A stretch of DNA of 63,074 nucleotides, the filler included, from Craspedostauros australis (Eukaryota): the NCBI GenBank assembly GCA_030167865.1. It is 14 parts of 14 records of this genome, joined end to end, with 100 filler letters (N's around TTAATTAATTAA, not from the genome) between each part and the next. Parts side by side here need not be neighbours in the genome. Positions count along the whole stretch, not along the records: positions 60,423 to 63,074 come from JALAGF010005138.1; 13 more parts are not named here. One strand, given 5' to 3'. Shown in pieces: positions 61,332 to 63,074 of this stretch. The notes below the pieces were generated by a model that had not been told where the DNA came from, did no database searches, and saw nothing but the letters and a program-made list of their open reading frames with translations. The first letter of the stretch is position 1. Each line of letters opens with the position of its first letter. A program made the position numbers and the translations under genes.

Positions 61332-62775
61332 GTCAGCTTGGTGCGGCTCGTGCTATGGCGAGATTGGAGACAAGAACTTTCCTGTCCAAACTGCCAATGA
61401 CGATGACGGTATCGATCTCACTCCGGATACCGACAAGACTCGCTTCCGAATAGCCCGAAACGGTGACCATCTTATGGTGCCGTTTCAGTGCGATCGCTGT
61501 CACTTCCGCAATATCATGCTCCGCGAGCCACTTAACCACAGACAACAGGATCGAGAGATGCTTGTCTACATTCGACAAGCCAACCTCGACGCCTTTTGGA
61601 GCAGAGAACCATCCACTGTCGCGGCAAATCTTCGCGAAGCCCGACGCATAGAAGCTTTTGCGGATCGGTTGAACATCCCATCCATCAGCGCTCCACTGGG
61701 GCCCTTCCCGCTTCAAGACTCGTGTGGCATGGCTGGAGCAATGGCAGTACTCGACAGGTCCTTGGATACAGGTCGCTATGCGACCAATGTTCAATGGGAG
61801 ACCTTTCGACGCACCAGGTCGGTCATCACCAATATTCACCAAGTGGGTGTTGCTGGACTTGGGGAGTCTGTCATGGCATACAAGAGGTCCCGCATGTGGA
61901 TGTCAAGTGTGCCGTCGCATCAGTTCTGGTTCACTCGATTCATGGAAGGCACCCACAGGAGAGTGGGNCAGATCCGCAAGCCAGCTCGTGCCTACACCAT
62001 TGACGAGATCCATGGGCTGGAAGCTCTGTTGGAGCAAGAGTGGAGAATGGACAACGATCACTCCCGGCGCAAGAGAACCGCAGAAGTGGCTATGCTTACA
62101 ATTGTGGCCTTCTGCACTGGGCTGAGGGGAGAGGAGATGCTACAAATCGACCTTCTTGCTACCTCTTCGAGTCTCAAGCATCTTCAAGATGTGAAGCTTC
62201 CGCACGCACGGCTTGCCATCATCGGTCGCACAAAAGGCAACAGGCATGACGGAGCACGATTCGACGTTCCATGTGTGAAGACAACTTCAGGCACCGGATT
62301 ACAACCCGGCAAATGGATCAAGCGAATGGTGCGACAAGTCGAAGGTGCGGGACTTCGTNNNNNNNNNNNNNNNNNNNNNNNNNNNNNNNNNNNNNNNNNN
62401 NNNNNNNNAATGGTGCGACAAGTCGAAGGTGCGGGACTTCGTAATGGCAAGCTTTTGACGAGGAAACTGAATCCGCCAAGGCTCCTGGAGTTTCGGGACG
62501 ACGTATATGTGGCGCTGGAGGCCTTGCAGGCCCAAGCCATAATCGATACAGAGGTGGATATCCGAGACAAATACGGTCTTGACCGCTCAGCTCGCAGAGG
62601 GTCCACTTCTCACGCGATCAACATGCGTGTTCCAAGAGATATCATCATGGCAAACAACAGATGGCGAACCGAAGCCAACTCAGTCTCGGGAAACCCAAGA
62701 CTGGACATGGTGGACACCTACTCAGCACTGGAGTCACTGCTTCCTGCTGTATTGGAGTACTCGAAGCAGATGTGA
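61228..62775 (+). CDS. Tyrosine recombinase with Cys-rich N-terminal region
   Basis: Catalytic-domain motifs: GLRGEE (R1), GRTKG (K), DRSARRG (HxxR position), NNRWR and MVDTY (Tyr). The N-terminus has CANF, C..AWC..CY and FQCDRCHF. The start is uncertain (frame open from 61090, first ATG 61117 or 61228). Confidence 0.85.
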   Translation: MRFCCSKVCGKLIQSGAGVFCANFSSPRGPFAPCRSAWCGSCYGEIGDKNFPVQTANDDDGIDLTPDTDKTRFRIARNGDHLMVPFQCDRCHFRNIMLREPLNHRQQDREMLVYIRQANLDAFWSREPSTVAANLREARRIEAFADRLNIPSISAPLGPFPLQDSCGMAGAMAVLDRSLDTGRYATNVQWETFRRTRSVITNIHQVGVAGLGESVMAYKRSRMWMSSVPSHQFWFTRFMEGTHRRVXQIRKPARAYTIDEIHGLEALLEQEWRMDNDHSRRKRTAEVAMLTIVAFCTGLRGEEMLQIDLLATSSSLKHLQDVKLPHARLAIIGRTKGNRHDGARFDVPCVKTTSGTGLQPGKWIKRMVRQVEGAGLRXXXXXXXXXXXXXXXXXMVRQVEGAGLRNGKLLTRKLNPPRLLEFRDDVYVALEALQAQAIIDTEVDIRDKYGLDRSARRGSTSHAINMRVPRDIIMANNRWRTEANSVSGNPRLDMVDTYSALESLLPAVLEYSKQM

Positions 62776-63074
62776 TCCATCTGCGGGGACGACGAGGGGG
62801 GAGAGAACGGATCCATTGTGCCAGCACACACACTGCCACACTGGAGCTGATTCAAGCTAGGTGCATTCATCTTTGCTCACCCAATATTGACCTGAAAAGG
62901 ACAACCATGGGAACTTGACGCTGTCGTTCCAAATGGCTAATCCAGGAAAATAAATGGACACGTATCTGGAATCGAACTACATGTTCTTCCATACGTTGCG
63001 AAGCTCTGCCTGCCACCAATGGCGTGAGGACTCGGTCGACTGATTGTCGGCCGGTCCACAACCACCCCCCCCCC

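Larger units (their letters stand above)
60423..63074 (+). mobile_element. DIRS-order tyrosine-recombinase retrotransposon, 3' portion
   Basis: The end of a pol-like ORF overlaps a downstream YR ORF in another frame, as in DIRS elements. RT and RNase H are not visible in this scaffold. Confidence 0.75.

Noticed and set aside
62990..63060. Self-cleaving ribozyme (hammerhead or HDV-like)
   Set aside because: There is no CUGANGA/GAAA core, and no valid P3/L3 pairing could be built by eye on either strand.
1..63074. Fanzor/TnpB, rRNA or tRNA genes
   Set aside because: No RuvC plus zinc-finger ORF or recognisable structural RNA gene was seen. Short RNAs cannot be excluded without a covariance-model search.

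Overview
This window is not one locus. It is a pseudomolecule of 14 short, gap-rich scaffolds joined by 13 artificial N-TTAATTAATTAA-N linkers, so adjacency across a linker has no biological meaning. The content is eukaryotic and diatom-like (CoDi-type copia elements, FTO, M11 peptidase, GT-AG introns) and mostly transposon-derived. Mobile elements: a mariner-like transposase missed by the ORF track, a two-gene PIF/Harbinger element, at least five Ty1/copia elements or remnants, a solo-LTR family with 6-bp TSDs and a DIRS-like tyrosine-recombinase element. Host genes: a TruA-like pseudouridine synthase split across the two ends of one scaffold, a disrupted FTO, a 5-exon M11-like metalloprotease, a FAAL-carrier-membrane NRPS-like protein and an RNI/LRR-like protein. 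There is also a 33-bp satellite. The most notable observations are: (1) a circularly permuted ~9.4-kb scaffold; (2) a -1 frameshift signal (G_GAT_TTT plus stem-loop) at a copia gag/pol junction; (3) different accessory domains (PDZ-like, chromo-like, unknown) between integrase and RT in three copia elements; (4) the FAAL-fed Pls-like enzyme; (5) an atypical tyrosine recombinase. All family calls come from reading motifs by eye; no searches were run.
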